64,000 bases of DNA. Source: Centroscyllium fabricii (Eukaryota). Below are positions 24,766 to 38,557 of this stretch, in pieces; within the stretch, counting starts at the first letter, position 1, and each line of letters opens with the position of its first letter. Made by a program: the position numbers and the translations under genes. The stretch spans positions 27,280,001 to 27,344,000 of the forward strand of contig JBNRSN020000022.1 in the NCBI GenBank assembly GCA_051313645.2, in the 5' to 3' direction. The notes under the pieces are model-generated. The model ran no database searches. It was not told the origin of the DNA and saw nothing but the letters and a program-made list of their open reading frames with translations.

Positions 24766-27700
24766 ACAGGCTTTTGTTACCTAGCCATCTAAATCTTAAT
24801 TTTCCTTGTCTTCTCTCCTGTCAATCTTGACTGTATCCTGCATAATGGGCCTCAACATTCAGCTAGGTTTTTCCAGTTAAAAAAAGAGAATATGGGAAAA
24901 GAGCAGGAGAATGGGCCTAAGTGAATAGCTCTTTCAGAGAGAGGCTGAGCACAGGCACGATGGGTTGAATGGCCTCCTTTGGGCTGTAAAATTCTATGAT
25001 TCGATCATACATTTTCCTGCCCTTGCCTTTGGACATCAAGACATAGATTTACTGAGTGGTGTTACTTTAATGCGGCTGTGTATGCAAGATTTCTAATAAC
25101 ACATAGGTGGATTAGTGCTTGGAAACCCTAGGCTCGATGGTATTAAATCGGTTTGATAGACTAGCTCCCCTGAAGCAAGATTAACAGCCTTCTCACTTTC
25201 AAAATGTGTTCTGTTCTATTGATATGGATCTCTGCCAGTTTCCTGCCAGTCTGGAACTTAAGAAGTTGGCAGAATAAGCTAGAATGCAGACTTGAAAAGA
25301 ATCACTAATGGTCGAGAGTGACTAGGCCTCATTTCAGACAAAGCTGTGCATGGCAATACTTCAACGTAGTCCACACGAAGGCAGCCATCGCCTTCTGAAT
25401 CAAACACGTGCTTTATTGCAAAGAATTCATCTTTTGGGACCGCAGCACACGTTAAAAACCAAAAAGTCTTGAATTATCTATTTCTTCTGCTACTGAAGAT
25501 TTGGCTCCAATGTGCACGGCGATATTGGAGAATATCATATTCTTAAAGAAAGGAAAAAGAGGGACAGGGCTGCACTACCCTTCCATCCTTTCATCTCCAG
25601 GGCTGCAGCTGGAATTGAGCCCAGATGGATGGGATGAAAGTCCTCTTTCTGACAGCTGTTAAAGAATCCAAAATTAAATGAGTCAAGCGCCAACCCAGCT
25701 CTCAGGAGGCGGGAGGATGTGCAGCTTCGGGTCCCGTCTCCTGGAGGCGGGAAAGGCATTTAATCCTTTTAACTGCCTGTTAACAGGTAGCCAACAGGCA
25801 GAAAAAAGGGATTAGTGCCATTTTACCTTCACAGGTGAAGGCTTCCTGACCTCGGAGAACCCCGTCGGGTTGGAGGAGACGTGGAGGAGGTCTACAGTGG
25901 TCGGAGGCACCTGGAAGTAAGGTGTAGAGGTGAGTGATGGGTGCTAGTGTGGAGTGGTAAGTATGCAAGGTGAGTGATAAGTTTTAAAAAGTGTTCACTT
26001 ACTTTGTTTTCTTTCTAAAGCCTTTAGCCGCGGTAGATGGAGAGAGACAAAATTCTCCTCGTCAATTTCAGATAATAGCTGTTGGATCTTCTGATCCTAC
26101 AGACATGTGAAATTTACAAAGTTGAAAGGTTTGATGAGTCCTCACCACAAAGACTCATCAAACTGAAGAGAATGTCAGTGTTTGACAGCTTCACAGAGCG
26201 AACGCTGTAATTTCTTCTTTCAAGAAGTCTCGACAGATAGCACGTCTGACATTGACGTAATCTGTCAGTGACTTTCTCCCTAATTGGTCTGCTGAGCCCG
26301 CTGATTGGAAAATCCCTCGGATTGGTCAGGCGAGGATGGAGGTGGGACATTGACACGACAAGCAGCAGTCCTTTCACAAGATACAGCCGCAAGTGTTTGC
26401 CGCAACTTTCCAGAAAAAAACGGCTTTGAAGTTCTTGACTTTTGTCTACAAAGAGAAAAAAAGGAATTGGATTGTGGGACACGGAATTCTTCTGCGACAA
26501 GGCAGTGGCTAAGATTATGGTTTTTATTGTGCAATAAGGTCGGGCATGTTCGATTACCCAACAAAGACACTTCTCACCTTGGTGAAGGCCAAATCCTCAA
26601 CTCTCCTGCAAAGATTGAAAAAATGATGATTCCATCAGAAAGTTTCACGATTCTACCTTGATGGCCTCACACCAATGCGTTACAGCATGGAGTGTCGAAG
26701 CATGGACTCCCAACTTGAAATCTGCCACAGGTGGAGGGACTGAGTTCCTCAGGTATGTCAGTGTGGAGAGGCACCAAGTGGAGACCAGGCAGCTCTCCAC
26801 AACTAGCAGGAGAGAGTCAAAGGGAGAGGTACCTGCGATCATTCGTGAGTGTTCTGTAGACTTTCCCAGAGAGATCCTGCACACTAACACGAGTTTCATC
26901 ATGGTCACAGCTTTGATTTTGGCATCTGCATACCAGTTACATGCAATCTGAGGCTTTGCTCTTGCAGTTTTAAGGTATTGACTATAAACTGCTTTGCGAT
27001 CATTCCCATGTACCCATTATTCTGCAGCTGAACCCCTCAAATAATCTACCAGCTGGTCTCTGTCATCTGTTCCCAGACTAAGATATCTTTGGATGCCTTG
27101 TCTGTTTAAGTTACTAGAGTAAAAGCCTCCTGAGGCTGCAAAGAAGCCAAGAGGATGCATCCATTTCATTTGGATTTGCCTCCATCTGGGGCTGATATGC
27201 CACATGCAGGTTCTTTAAAGGGTCATGTGCTGCGGGTAAGCCCATCTGGTACCAACCAGAGAAATCACTAATGGGTCTGAATTCCTTCCTGTTGCCCCTG
27301 GAGATGCATACTGTTTGAGTCAATGCTGCTGCCTGCCTGCCTCTCTGACTGTCAGTGTGCCCTTCTCTGGACATCAGAAAACACTAAGTATTTGTCGTCT
27401 AGTCTCGTTTATAATGACAACACAAGTTAGGAAGAAATACTATACAGGTGCAGGCAATTATTTTACACAACACGATCTCGAGTTCTTAAAATCGTTGTGA
27501 TGGGTTGCAGTGGCGATGACCAGAAAGGATTTGGAAATAGTTCAGAAATAGTTCCTTTTTGCTGCAATTTTGACAACAGTCCCATTTGGGGCCGAGATAA
27601 AACCTGGTGGTGTGACAGGGCGGGGTCCCTCTGTACCACATGAATGTTGTCCAATTTTTAGGAGTCGAGTGATTTCTCTAAACTGCACGCTGTTTATCGA

Positions 27701-28982
27701 TGGATGGGAAAGATACCAGGTTTTGCCATCAGCCTTTTTCAGGCTCTCGGCCTCGCTACAGGCTTCAATAGTAGACTCAATATTCAACAATTCCCAGCTG
27801 ATAGTTATGCTGTCATTTCTGGAAGGATCTGGATAGACAACTGATAGTTTACAGTTTGACTTTCAAAAATTACTCATGGCACAATATTTAATCCTTTTCT
27901 ATTCCTCCACAATCAACACTCACTGGGTCAAAGACCAAATGATGTAAAAATATCAGATATTATAATTTTAAAGATTTGAGAACCAACAATATTTTAGACG
28001 GTTTGGAAAACCCACTGGGTTCTTTCTTCCATTCCAGCTATTGAGGCAAGAGTTTGTCAGACATTGAGTTTTTACACATTGTCCCGTAATACGGTTTTAC
28101 TGGTACATTACTTGAAAATTTTATAAACATAAATTTTATAGAAAACATAATATAATACTAATTATTTAAATAGCTGTTAAATTTGGAGTCACATCATGCA
28201 GAACGCTCAAGGAGAATGAATGACTTTAACAGAGGCGTAACTATTAGTGGACTTCAGCAAGACTTCACTGTTCCCTGGGCTAAATTTTAGATATTGCAGT
28301 CAAGGGTAAAATAAATGGGAATGAATTATTCCAAACTAATGCCCACTTTATACATTTCAATACCCTCTCTGGACAAAAGTGGCCAAGGCTGGAATGGACA
28401 GAGATCCAGTGAGATCGGGAGATATTTTAATTCCTGTCCTTATACATCAACTCTCCTAAATTGAGCTCAAGTACATTCAGTTATCACAAGTTACATAAAA
28501 GGCTGAATTAGCTCCTTCCCTCGCTACCTACAGTTTATAGCCTATCTTCAGATAGAACAGGGGCGTATATTACAAGCTTTGAAGGGATGTGGCAAGAGGC
28601 TGGGTGACCAGCAGTACTCGAACTATACTGAATGGTCCAATGTTGCAGCCGCTTTAGGTGCAACAGTGTACTCGCATGATGCACCTGAAGCCAGTTGGCC
28701 CTTCGGTGGAGTGCTTCAATGGGCCCCATCACACGTGTTGCTAAATTGGACACGGTCATGATGAAACCACACTTTTTTTTTTAATATCCCTTCCTGCCAT
28801 TAGATTTCATAATCCAGTACCTCCTGGATTCTGCCCAAAATAAATGATTGCCCTTGACTGTGTTTGTTGAGGACTTTAGCACACTTATGAATATCCATCG
28901 TCAATGGCAGCTACCCACCTTGGCAAAATGCCCCACACTGCATGGCTACAAGAGGCTGAGCCTTGAAAGGTGACACATAGGT

Positions 28983-29777
28983 GGGGGGTATATTCCCGAA
29001 GGTGCGGGAACCTGGCGGGGATTGGCCGGGTCGGGTTTCTGTCCCACCCGCCCAAGGGCCTGGAAACCCGACGCAATTTTGCCTAAATTGATCACTTAAA
29101 TCCCCGCTTGCGGGGAGCCACTTGCAATTGCCTGACTCGAGTCGGCAATCAAGGTGCTGCAACTGGGAGCGAGGACTTCGACTGACAGTTGGATGGACTG
29201 TCTGTTAACAGTTTCCATGGAAACACTCCATTGTGACATCACAATGGAGTGCAACCAATCGCAAAGCCCAAGTGGTTTGAGTTACAGGTGGATGGTTGCG
29301 CTGGAAATCTTTGACAGTCAGGGAGCGTCTCTCAATCTGTCAAGGTAAGTTTTTTAAAGTTTTTTCCCCACAGATGGCCCTCAGAAAAGGGAGTCACTTG
29401 CACCGCCAGGGTGTTGAAGGCCTGGAAAGCATTCTGCTCTAGGTCCTTCAATGCCTTGAAGGTGAAAGTGACCAAGGCCACTGCGCTCCCGTTGGGTTTC
29501 ACCAGCGGGGTTTCAGGATGGCGGGGTTTGGGTGGGAAGGGTTTTAAAATAGGTAAGGGCCCTTAAAATGGGATTATCCAGTCCAATTAAGGGCCCTCAA
29601 TTACCTCAACGAGCCGGCGGCGAGCGGGAAGGATTTGGGGCGGCTGGACATGCCGCCCGAAACCTACAAGCCGGCAGCGATCCGGTGGGGGGGGGGGTTG
29701 GAACCCCCCCCCCCCCAGTTCCTCGATTTTAGGCTCCGCCAGAAAGCCGCCCTCACGGACCCTCAAAAATACCCCCC
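28983..29777 (+). mobile_element. MITE family A, copy 3
   Basis: Ends GGGGGGTATATT...AAAATACCCCCC, colinear body. Confidence 0.85.
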
Positions 29778-31142
29778 TTAATGTAGGGACAGCCCAGACT
29801 CTCAATTTGGCGAGAGGGAATATCACGTGACCATTTCTATCCAATTCCATGTATTAACTCCATTCTTTAACCAATCAGAACGGACATGGTGACATCACAT
29901 GGCTTTGACATCACCCAAACAAGTTTTAACTGTGCTGTTTGGATGACTGAAAATGACCAATGAGATCAACTGTTCTGATGAGTCGGATCAAATAGCTCCT
30001 CAATTTGATTTACTAGTTTTTATTCTTATTCTTTTCCTACGAGTTTAGATGATCTTGTTTGAAATGTCTCTTGTTGTTGGGGTAGATGACACTATACTGC
30101 TCTGAGCCGCCCACTGCATCTTTCAGAGGACCTGCTGGAATGAGAGGCTCTCAGTGCTCTGCCATATTGGAGAGAATGTTGATACAGTATAAAGAATACC
30201 AAGAAACTATTTAATGAGATAATTGTACATCTACTAAAAAGAGCAAATTGAGGGTGCCATCTTGCCTGGTTCCTGTTGCTCTTCTCCCTCCCTATGGACA
30301 ATAGTTGAGCGTACCTCTGATTAAAAGAGCTTGTTTCCCAATCTCCTACATTTATTTTATGCTATTTCTCCCACAGATATTAATTTTAGGAATAATTACT
30401 AAAATCAGCAGGACTTGGAGTTATTTATTTTTGTGAAAAGCAGTTTCCACCTCCAGTCTGCTCAGGTAACTGATCTCAGTCAAGCTTCAGTGAGCCAGAG
30501 TCAGGGAAAGAGTTCAGAGTTTGTGCTCCTGATTATTTTCCAGCAACCCCTGCTGGAAGCGGATGTTTATTATTATGTTCTATTTTATTTGTGATTTTGT
30601 TGGAAGCAATTCGGGATCTTTTTTACAAATCGGGCATGTCCTGGTTTGCCTGACTGGGCCTCACCCTGCCGTCCTCAACCTGCCTCTTCAAATAAAGAGT
30701 TTGGAATAAGCAGGCGCGGTGTGGGACGCTGTTTCTGCAGAACCCTTTTCAGAGAGACAGTGGGGCCAAGCGTGGGACACAAACCAAGTCCGAAAAAAAA
30801 ATCTTACTTATGCTGGAGCCGTTTCTAAATTATTTGTCTCAATGTGGGTGTACAGACTGCAAATTCTGGATGCCCACATGAGGTCAGTCAGCATCTGAAT
30901 AAGGTAAATGCTGTGGGTGGGGTCCCTCGATCAGAGTTCTGTTGGGGTTCTGATGAAGGGTGTTGACCCTAGGGCAGTTGGCGAGAGGGTATGGGCGACT
31001 CTGACAGATGCTGGGTGACCTGCCGTGTGTTTTCAGAAATCCTAGTTGCTCCTTCTGTGCTGTAATCCGCTCTCAGTCTTGAACAGTTTAGTTTCTACGG
31101 GTACAAAGATGCTCTCCTGTTGCGGAGCCCAATTGGACTTGT

Positions 31143-31947
31143 GGGGGGGAATTTTTGCGGGTCCGTGAGGGCGGCTTTCCGGTGGGGCGGGGCCTAAAAT
31201 CGCATAACCGGGGGATCCCGATCCCTCCCTCCCCGCCGGATTGCCGCCGGCTTATAAGTTTCGGGCGGCGTGTCCCGCTGTCCTGAATCTTTCCTGCCCG
31301 CCGCCGGCAGGGATGCTCGTTCAGGTAATTGAGGGTCCTTAATTGGACTAGATAATCCCATTTTAAGGGCCCTCACTTATTTTAAACCCTTTCCCACCCA
31401 AACCCCGCCATCCTGAAACCCCGCTGGTGAAACCCAGCGGGATCACAGTGGCCTTGGTCACTTTCTCCTTCAAGGCTTTGAAGGACCTAGAGCAGAATGC
31501 TTTCCAGGCCTTCAACACCCTGGAGGTGTAAGTGACCCCCTTTTCTGAGGGCCATCTGTGCAGAAAAACCTTGAAAAAGTAATCTTGACAGATGCATTGA
31601 GAGACGGTCCCTAACTGTTAAAGATTTCCAGCACGTCCATGCACCTGTCAGTCAACCCACTTGGGCTTAGCGATTGGTTGCACTCCATTGTGATGTCACA
31701 ATGGAGTGTTTGCATGGCAACTGACAACAGACAGTCCACACAACTGCTAGTCAAAGTCCTCGCTCCCAGCTGCAGCGCATTGATTGCCGACTCGAGTCAG
31801 GCAATTGGAAGGGGCTCCCCGCACGCGGGGAATTAATTGACCAATTTAGGGAAAATTGCGTGGGGTTTCCAGGCCCATGGCTGGGCAGGCCAGAAACCCG
31901 ACCCGACCAAAACCCACCAGGTTCCCACACCTTCGGGAAAATCCCCC
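31143..31947 (-). mobile_element. MITE family A, copy 4 (inverted)
   Basis: Reverse-complement match to copies 1 and 3. Confidence 0.85.
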
Positions 31948-32415
31948 TCGTGGTGTCTGTCCGGGGGCGGGGGCGCTGGGGTCAGCGCACCCAACTCGCG
32001 GAGCATTGCCATTCAGGTGCATGGATACCTGTGCCCAATTCTCCAACCCCGTCAAGTATGGCCCAGTGTTGGGAGAACCACCTTGAAAAATGTACAGTGA
32101 GCTGTTTGATCTTTAGTTATTGAAGAGGAAAATCAAAAATAGAAAATGATTTCTTTTGATCCTTATGCCAAGGCTCTTCTGGGATGAATAATAACCTGTC
32201 CTTCACGCTGCAAAATTCCTCCCAGGAAATCTGGTGGGTTCGCCCAGGATTTTTAATATGTGAATCCAACCTAACGGGAATATACGCCCCTGTGCTGAAC
32301 TGCTTTAGTGGAAACCAGACAAACATTCAGGCACTAGAAGCTCATAGAAGTCGTGCTCTGCCAGAGGCCCAGCACCCTTTAGTGAGAGGGTGTTGAGTAA
32401 TCAGCCGCTCCCTAC

Positions 32416-32526
32416 CTCTCACGTAAAGATTAGCGGCAGGAGAATACCGCACCCCGGCGTTGTTCGATGCCACACATTCGTATTTCCCCTGGTCGGTTTC
32501 TTCGCTGTTCTCGATCTGCAGGGCAC
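32416..32526 (-). CDS. PTPRS: PTPRS-like exon, second half of Ig2 (111 nt)
   Basis: Reads [37 protein letters not shown]. Acceptor tctcctgacag|GT, donor AGAG|gtaggg. Confidence 0.95.
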
Positions 32527-33367
32527 CTGTCAGGAGACAAACGGCAGCAGAGGGAATTAAAATCCTGGGACTTCTCACGCACGACATGCAGAAATGGCCA
32601 CATTTCTCGCCGGACCTTCGCGCAATGCCCTGTTTGGATCACCAATTCTGACGTCACAAGCCAGGAGACCGGCTCACCCAAAGCAGCTGGTCAAAGGGTA
32701 AGCTTGGCGCTGGGTACCTTTTGCTGACCTGTGTGAGGAGAGATGGGCTTCTTAATTCCGGATCTCTGCAGAAATACCACGGGATCCCTTCTCAGCTGTA
32801 ATTTTTCACAGGGCGCTTCCCCCTCCCCGCCCCAGGCTACACCAGAAGAGTGTGCCTAACTGCCCATTGCAGTGCATGCCAATCGCCAATGCTGCAAGAC
32901 TCAATGGTGCCCGCACACGGATCAAGTGCTCCAAATTTGAGTGTGCCCCAGTCAGCTCTGGTGCAGTTTGTAAAAGGGGACGTGGCACTAGGTTCTTTCA
33001 GCTGGAGTGAACCGAGATCAGCATCAGTACCAGTACCAAACTGGCTCCCGAACCATCTGCTAGGACAGTCTGAACAGGGCACAAGCAGTCATGAATACAG
33101 CACACGCCTGTTAAAGAGGTCCATTTAACAGGGAACACCTCAGGTTATATTCCACAGATTTGCTTTGTGGTCCATATTGAAACAGAAAACACCCCAGGAC
33201 CACACTTGCATTAAGAGACATCAAGGTGGATAAGCAGTGTGGGCAGGTACTGCAGCGACTCTAATTATGTTGGCCTTCACTGCTTACCCAATGGCACTGG
33301 GCAACCCTTTTCAGGGAACATGTCTACTACACTAGCTTGGCACATATTCAGTACCTATTTGCAACTA

Positions 33368-33931
33368 CAGTTGAGCACCGGTTATCCGGCACCCTCGGAA
33401 CCAGGCTGGTGCCGGACCATTGAAAATACCGAACCACTGAAGGTTCGGGGGGAGCGCGCGGGTAGAACACTCCCCGGGGCCCGGAGCGCGCGGGTAGAAC
33501 ACTCCCCGGGGCCTGGAACGCGCGGGTAGAACACTCCCCGTGGCCCGGATCGCGTGGGTAGAACACTCCCCGGGGCCCGTAGCGCGCGGGTAGAACACTC
33601 CCCGGGGCCCGGAGCGCGCGGGTAGAACACTCCCCGGGGCCCGGAGCACGCAGGTAGAATACTCCCCGGGGCCCGGGGGTAGAACACTCCCCGGGGCCCA
33701 GAGTGCGCAGGTAGAACACTCCCCGGGGCCCGGAGTGCGCGGGTAGAACACTCCCCGGGAGGGAGCCCGGGAATAGAACACTTAGAAGACCTAAAAAAGC
33801 AGCAACCCAAACGCCCGACACCTTTGGCGCTCGCCCGCCCTTTGCGGGAAACGGTGGTGCCGCCGAGCATCTGCTCTGCAAACTGAAGACCGCCGGTTTT
33901 GATTTGTGCCGGATCACCGGTGCTCAACCTG
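33368..33931. mobile_element. Tc1/pogo (Tigger-like) MITE with an internal minisatellite
   Basis: TIRs CAG(G)TTGAGCACCGGTTATCCGGCAC / GTGCCGGATCACCGGTGCTCAACCTG, with TA on the left flank. Confidence 0.8.
33451..33782. repeat. 32-bp CpG-rich minisatellite, about 10 copies
   Basis: Unit GGAGCGCGCGGGTAGAACACTCCCCGGGGCCC. Confidence 0.95.
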
Positions 33932-35770
33932 GATTCTGTAGCCCAGCCGTAACCTTCTAACTGCAGCTAATTCAGCCAATCCCACTGCCACAATCTCTCT
34001 ACGGTGATTAACCCAGGGAAAAGAGATATAATACTGAATAGACAAGATGCTAAAAAGAGGAATATAGTCACTGAATGCGATTACATCTGTTTAACTTCGT
34101 ACTGTGCACACTTTTAATTAGATGGGAAATTTCTCTGAGGCTTGCGTTCAACACAGATCACCCTCAGCACACCAACACTGAAATGGGGGAAAAAAATTCA
34201 CTTGAGCATTTATAAAGCTAACCAAATATATTCTTCTGCAATCTGGCAGAGATATTAGTTCTCCGCTCCCAGTAACAAGGTCCCTTCATTTCTGATCGAA
34301 CGCCCACCCCCCTCACACAGCCATGGCACCGGCAGCTTGGAACCCTGACCCCCACGCCCACAGACGTAGTTCTGGTCCAGCTGGTTTGCTGCCTTAGACT
34401 CCCTCTCACATGATTTAGTCATACGAATGCCACTGTAAAGAGCATCTTGCAGCTGGGGGAAAACACTTTTGAGGTCATAGGATTTGTTTCTTAATGAGGG
34501 ACTGGGCCTTGAGGCTGTGGGTTCCTAGATTCCCATTCTGAAACAGTGGAACGTATTATTCAGATTATATTCCTAAAATGGAAAAATTAGGGCCAACTTT
34601 TCTTTTTAACCTTCTTTTTGAGGAGCTTCCAGGACTTTCCCTTCAGTTTTCATCTCTTCTTTTCTGAAAGTGATGCCGGTTACTGGATTATGCTTTTTCA
34701 GACCTCATCACTTTTCCGACACTTCATCCAAGTGGCCATTCTTCCTGACTGAGCCCAGACAATTAAGTGTCAGGTGTCGAGACTATTCAACCATGCAGGG
34801 GCTTCACATCTGAGTCCACCCTGTCCTCACCCAGCACCCATCCGTGCACAGCATTCAGGGACAGTGTTCAGGAGTGGAACCCCAAATTCATTTCCCCTCA
34901 CCCCTCCTCTTTCCCTGAAAAAACTGCGGTCAGCTGTAATGCCCCAGCCTGTTAACATGGCAGAAACCAGGGATCAAACCCTGGATCTTGCTTGGTCTGC
35001 ATGGATCAGAAATACTGGGCTCGAAATTCCAGGATGCCCCCCTTTGCTCATGGGATGAGCGGAACTCCCAGCCCACCCTTCCCCAAGCAGCCCACCAATT
35101 GTGAGGATGGGGACACTATAATTTACATGGGGTGGGCACCTGGCACCTGTAAGGGCGCATTAGTGGCACTCATGCTGACAGAGGCCTGGAAATCTGGGAT
35201 TGGTGTCATGTCACTCTGATGCAGCACAATGGCATGGGGAGAACCTTGCTAAACAATTGCTCGCTCCCTCCTGCATTTTTGGGGCTTTTCAATGGCTTGC
35301 TCGGAGCAGGCATAGGTTCCGCTGGACCAATCAGGGGACAGAACTGATTCATGACGTCACAAGACCATATGCACAAAATGTCCGCATCCAGCCTTCCTCC
35401 AACTAACGCTCTGAAGCTTCAAACAACGGGTGACCGAGAGACACTGTTATCAGCACAACCATCTCCCCATTACACAGTTCCTCCATCCGTGAGCGAATGG
35501 AGGAACTAATCACAGGATGCAGCTACACTCACCAAGTACCTGCTCAACAGGGAAACGCAAAGAAACCAACAAAAGACCAACTGGAACAAGAAAACAGTCA
35601 CCACTGTGAAAAGAGAAGCCCCAACCGAGATAGAAGGAAAAAAAGAAAGAAATAGGGGGGTGGGATGAAGTAGTGGACAGTGAGAGCCCACTTGTTTGAT
35701 GACAAGATGCTCAACAACAATCATTTTCTCTTGATATTTTTATTTAATAGAATTGAAGCTTTCATAGAAA

Positions 35771-36399
35771 GAGTTCAAAATCAAAAGCTGAGGCATAGAA
35801 TATAAGAGAAGGGAGGTTATGATGGAGCTGCACAAAATGCTGGTAAGGCCACAGCTGGAGTACTGTGTGCAGTTCTGGTCGCCACAGTATAGGAACAATG
35901 TGATTACTTTGGAGAGGGTGCAGAGGAGATTCACCAGGATGTTACCTGGGCTGGAGCACTTCAGCTATGAAGAAAGACTGGACAGGCTGGGGTTGTCTTC
36001 CTTGGAGCAGAGAAGGCTGAGGGGGGACCTGATTGAGCTGTACAAAATTATGAGGGGCGTAGATAGGGTAGATAGAAAGGAACTTTTTCCCTTAGTAGAG
36101 GGGTCAATAACCAGGGGGCATCGTTTCAAGGTAAGGGGCAGGAGGTTATGGGGGGATTTGAGGAGGAACGTTTTCACCCAGAGGGTGGTTGGAATCTGGA
36201 AATCACTGCCTGGAAGGGTGGTGGAGGCAGGAACCCTCACAACATTCAAGAAGCATTTAGATGAGCACTTGAGATGCCATAGCATACAAGGCTACGGAAC
36301 AAGTGCTGGAAAATGGGATTAAAATAGACAGGGCTCGATGGACGGCGCGGACACAATGGGCCGAAGGGCCTCTTTCCGTGCTGTATTACTCTATGACTC
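35771..36399 (+). mobile_element. CR1 LINE 3' fragment (RT C-terminus)
   Basis: ORF 35819-36322 reads LVRPQLEYCVQFWSP...LEQRRLRGDLIE...FTQRVVGIWKSLP, followed by a CR1 tail. Confidence 0.92.
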
Positions 36400-38539
36400 T
36401 ATCCTCTCAACACAGCTATCTAAACTGTTTAATTAGGCCCTCAAAGTACAACCATTTGATATTCCTTGCTTATCGCTCTCAATGAACAGTCAATAGAGTG
36501 TGCTTATGAAAATGGCAATAAACCGTTTAGAAGAAAAGGTGGTCCAGTGCTTTCGTCACTATCCACCTTCTTCCTTCATCCCTCCAACTTTCTTTCCCTT
36601 GTTCTCTTTCTCAGATGAGGTGGGCGAGACTGGGATCTCACCAATGCATGGTAAACCCTGGGCACGAACCACAATCCCACGACTCTGTGACTTAACGTTG
36701 GGGTACGCTAGGAAGATTGCACTTAGGGGTCATGGCAGGGAACAACTCGTAGCATCTGCATATCCCCCGCGCACTGAGAAATTTACATCAGTAAATGGCT
36801 GGGTGAAGAAGAAAGCTAAGAAACTGGCATTTCAATCAGCTGCGGACTGAGCAGCAACACCGAGAACACTTCCCTATATAAGGATTGCCCAGTGTTAATC
36901 AGTAAGATAGTGAAAACACAGTAAAAGGCTCTACACCGACTCTCGAGAACTGTGCGGACTTTTCAACAAAGGCACGGGGGATCCCGCTACAGGCAGACAT
37001 TTACACTCTCAGCAAACAGAGGCAGTATAAAACCTCGAGATCTAGCTCGAAGTGATTCAGTTGGGTTTGATGGAGGCTGATATGTGTCTTCCGTAATGGT
37101 AGCAGAGGCCATGAATGGAGTCTGCAAGAGCCAGAGAGATATAGAAAATCCAGTCTTGCCAGATTCCAGTGAATTTCATTAATCTTAGGAATCGCAACAA
37201 GGTCAGCCTCGCCTCCGATAATTTTACTCATTCTTTCTCTGAGTGTCACCGCTTCCCCCCAACACAACCCCCCCCCCCCACCCCCCCCCCCCCCCCCCCC
37301 CCAGGCATTGGGGTACTGTTCCAGAGGTATCAGCTGCTCTCTGCTGCCTTGGGGAACATCACGGCTGAGCCTGGTCCTGTCCTCCTTTGACTTTCGCAAA
37401 CCAGTTCCCTTCTAGCAGGGGGTCACGGGCTAGCAAACCAGGGATGGGAAGCCGGGTGGAAGTTTCCCCTTCCCCAGTACCGAAAGAACAGAGGTGAATT
37501 GTAGCATCTCAAAAGCTGCCCTGGCTGAAATCAGAACAGTCAGAGCCTGGGGCCTAGGCCGTGCAATTGATCCATGGGCAGGGGGCAGCAAGGTGCCTCC
37601 AAATGCCCATTTACACTGGATTTGTTTGACGATTAGACGGTGAAAGAGCTAGGCGGACAGGGGCGGTTTTTATAGTCAGTTTTCTTTCAAACAATTCAAC
37701 TGTAAAAAATATGCTGGATATGCAGACGTTAAGAACACAGTAACATATATATCTAACATTGAAATAATCTACAGGTTGTGGGCTATTGACATTATAGATC
37801 AGATTCTGCCACCTTTTTAATATACAGAGCGAAGACCTTCACAGCAATGGATTTCGTAAAAATCATTTAAAACACACAATTTCATTTTTTTTTTTTATCA
37901 ACCAGGTTGTTGGTTTCACAAATCATTTTGGCAAGGGCACTCTTTAAGTTATTGTGTTTCGAGTGCCCTGTCTTGTTGCTTAGCCACACACACACAGAGC
38001 CGTGAAGCATTTCCCATGGAGCACGGGTCATCTCATCTTCCATGATGGGCTGTCTATAATTTTAATCATTGCCCGCCAAAAACGTTCCTCGAGCTGGTTG
38101 TGCGGAGGCCAAGGCCGCCCTTGGAGCGAGCCCTCAATGTAACGGCAATCACACAGCAAGGTCCTCCAAAAAATAAACAAATAAATGACACGGCTTAAAA
38201 ATTAAAAGGAGAGAGAAGCTTTCGTGGGGTGGGTGGGGGGCAGACACTGAGAGACAAATATGGAGCTGTGACTGGCTTTATGACACACAAAGCTATGATA
38301 TGCTTTCAGTCAAAGCATATCGAATAGAGAGAAATCTTGCTCGATTTAATATAAGTTTAAAAAAAACACAAAGAACAAACTGCGACAAAATACCAGACAC
38401 AAATTTTAAAAAAGACGATTTTTTTTTGTTTAAACGGAAAATGAAAAGTTCGGAAAGAAAATGAAAAGGATAAAGTAATTAAAACTAAAAGGAAAGCAAA
38501 AAAAAAAGGTGAAAGTTCACCGACTTCCATCATTCTTAC

Positions 38540-38557
38540 CTCGTATCGGAGTACCAC
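38540..38557 (-). CDS. PTPRS: 18-nt microexon meA6 (G-G-T-P-I-R)
   Basis: Minus strand ctaac...tttgcattcatattatcctcgcag|GTGGTACTCCGATACGAG|gtaaga. Encodes the known GGTPIR insert. Branch-point-like CTAAC and a TGC motif precede the acceptor. Confidence 0.95.

Noticed and set aside
33348-33927. Three overlapping 138-189 aa ORFs
   Set aside because: They are artefacts of a stop-free GC-rich 32-bp repeat.
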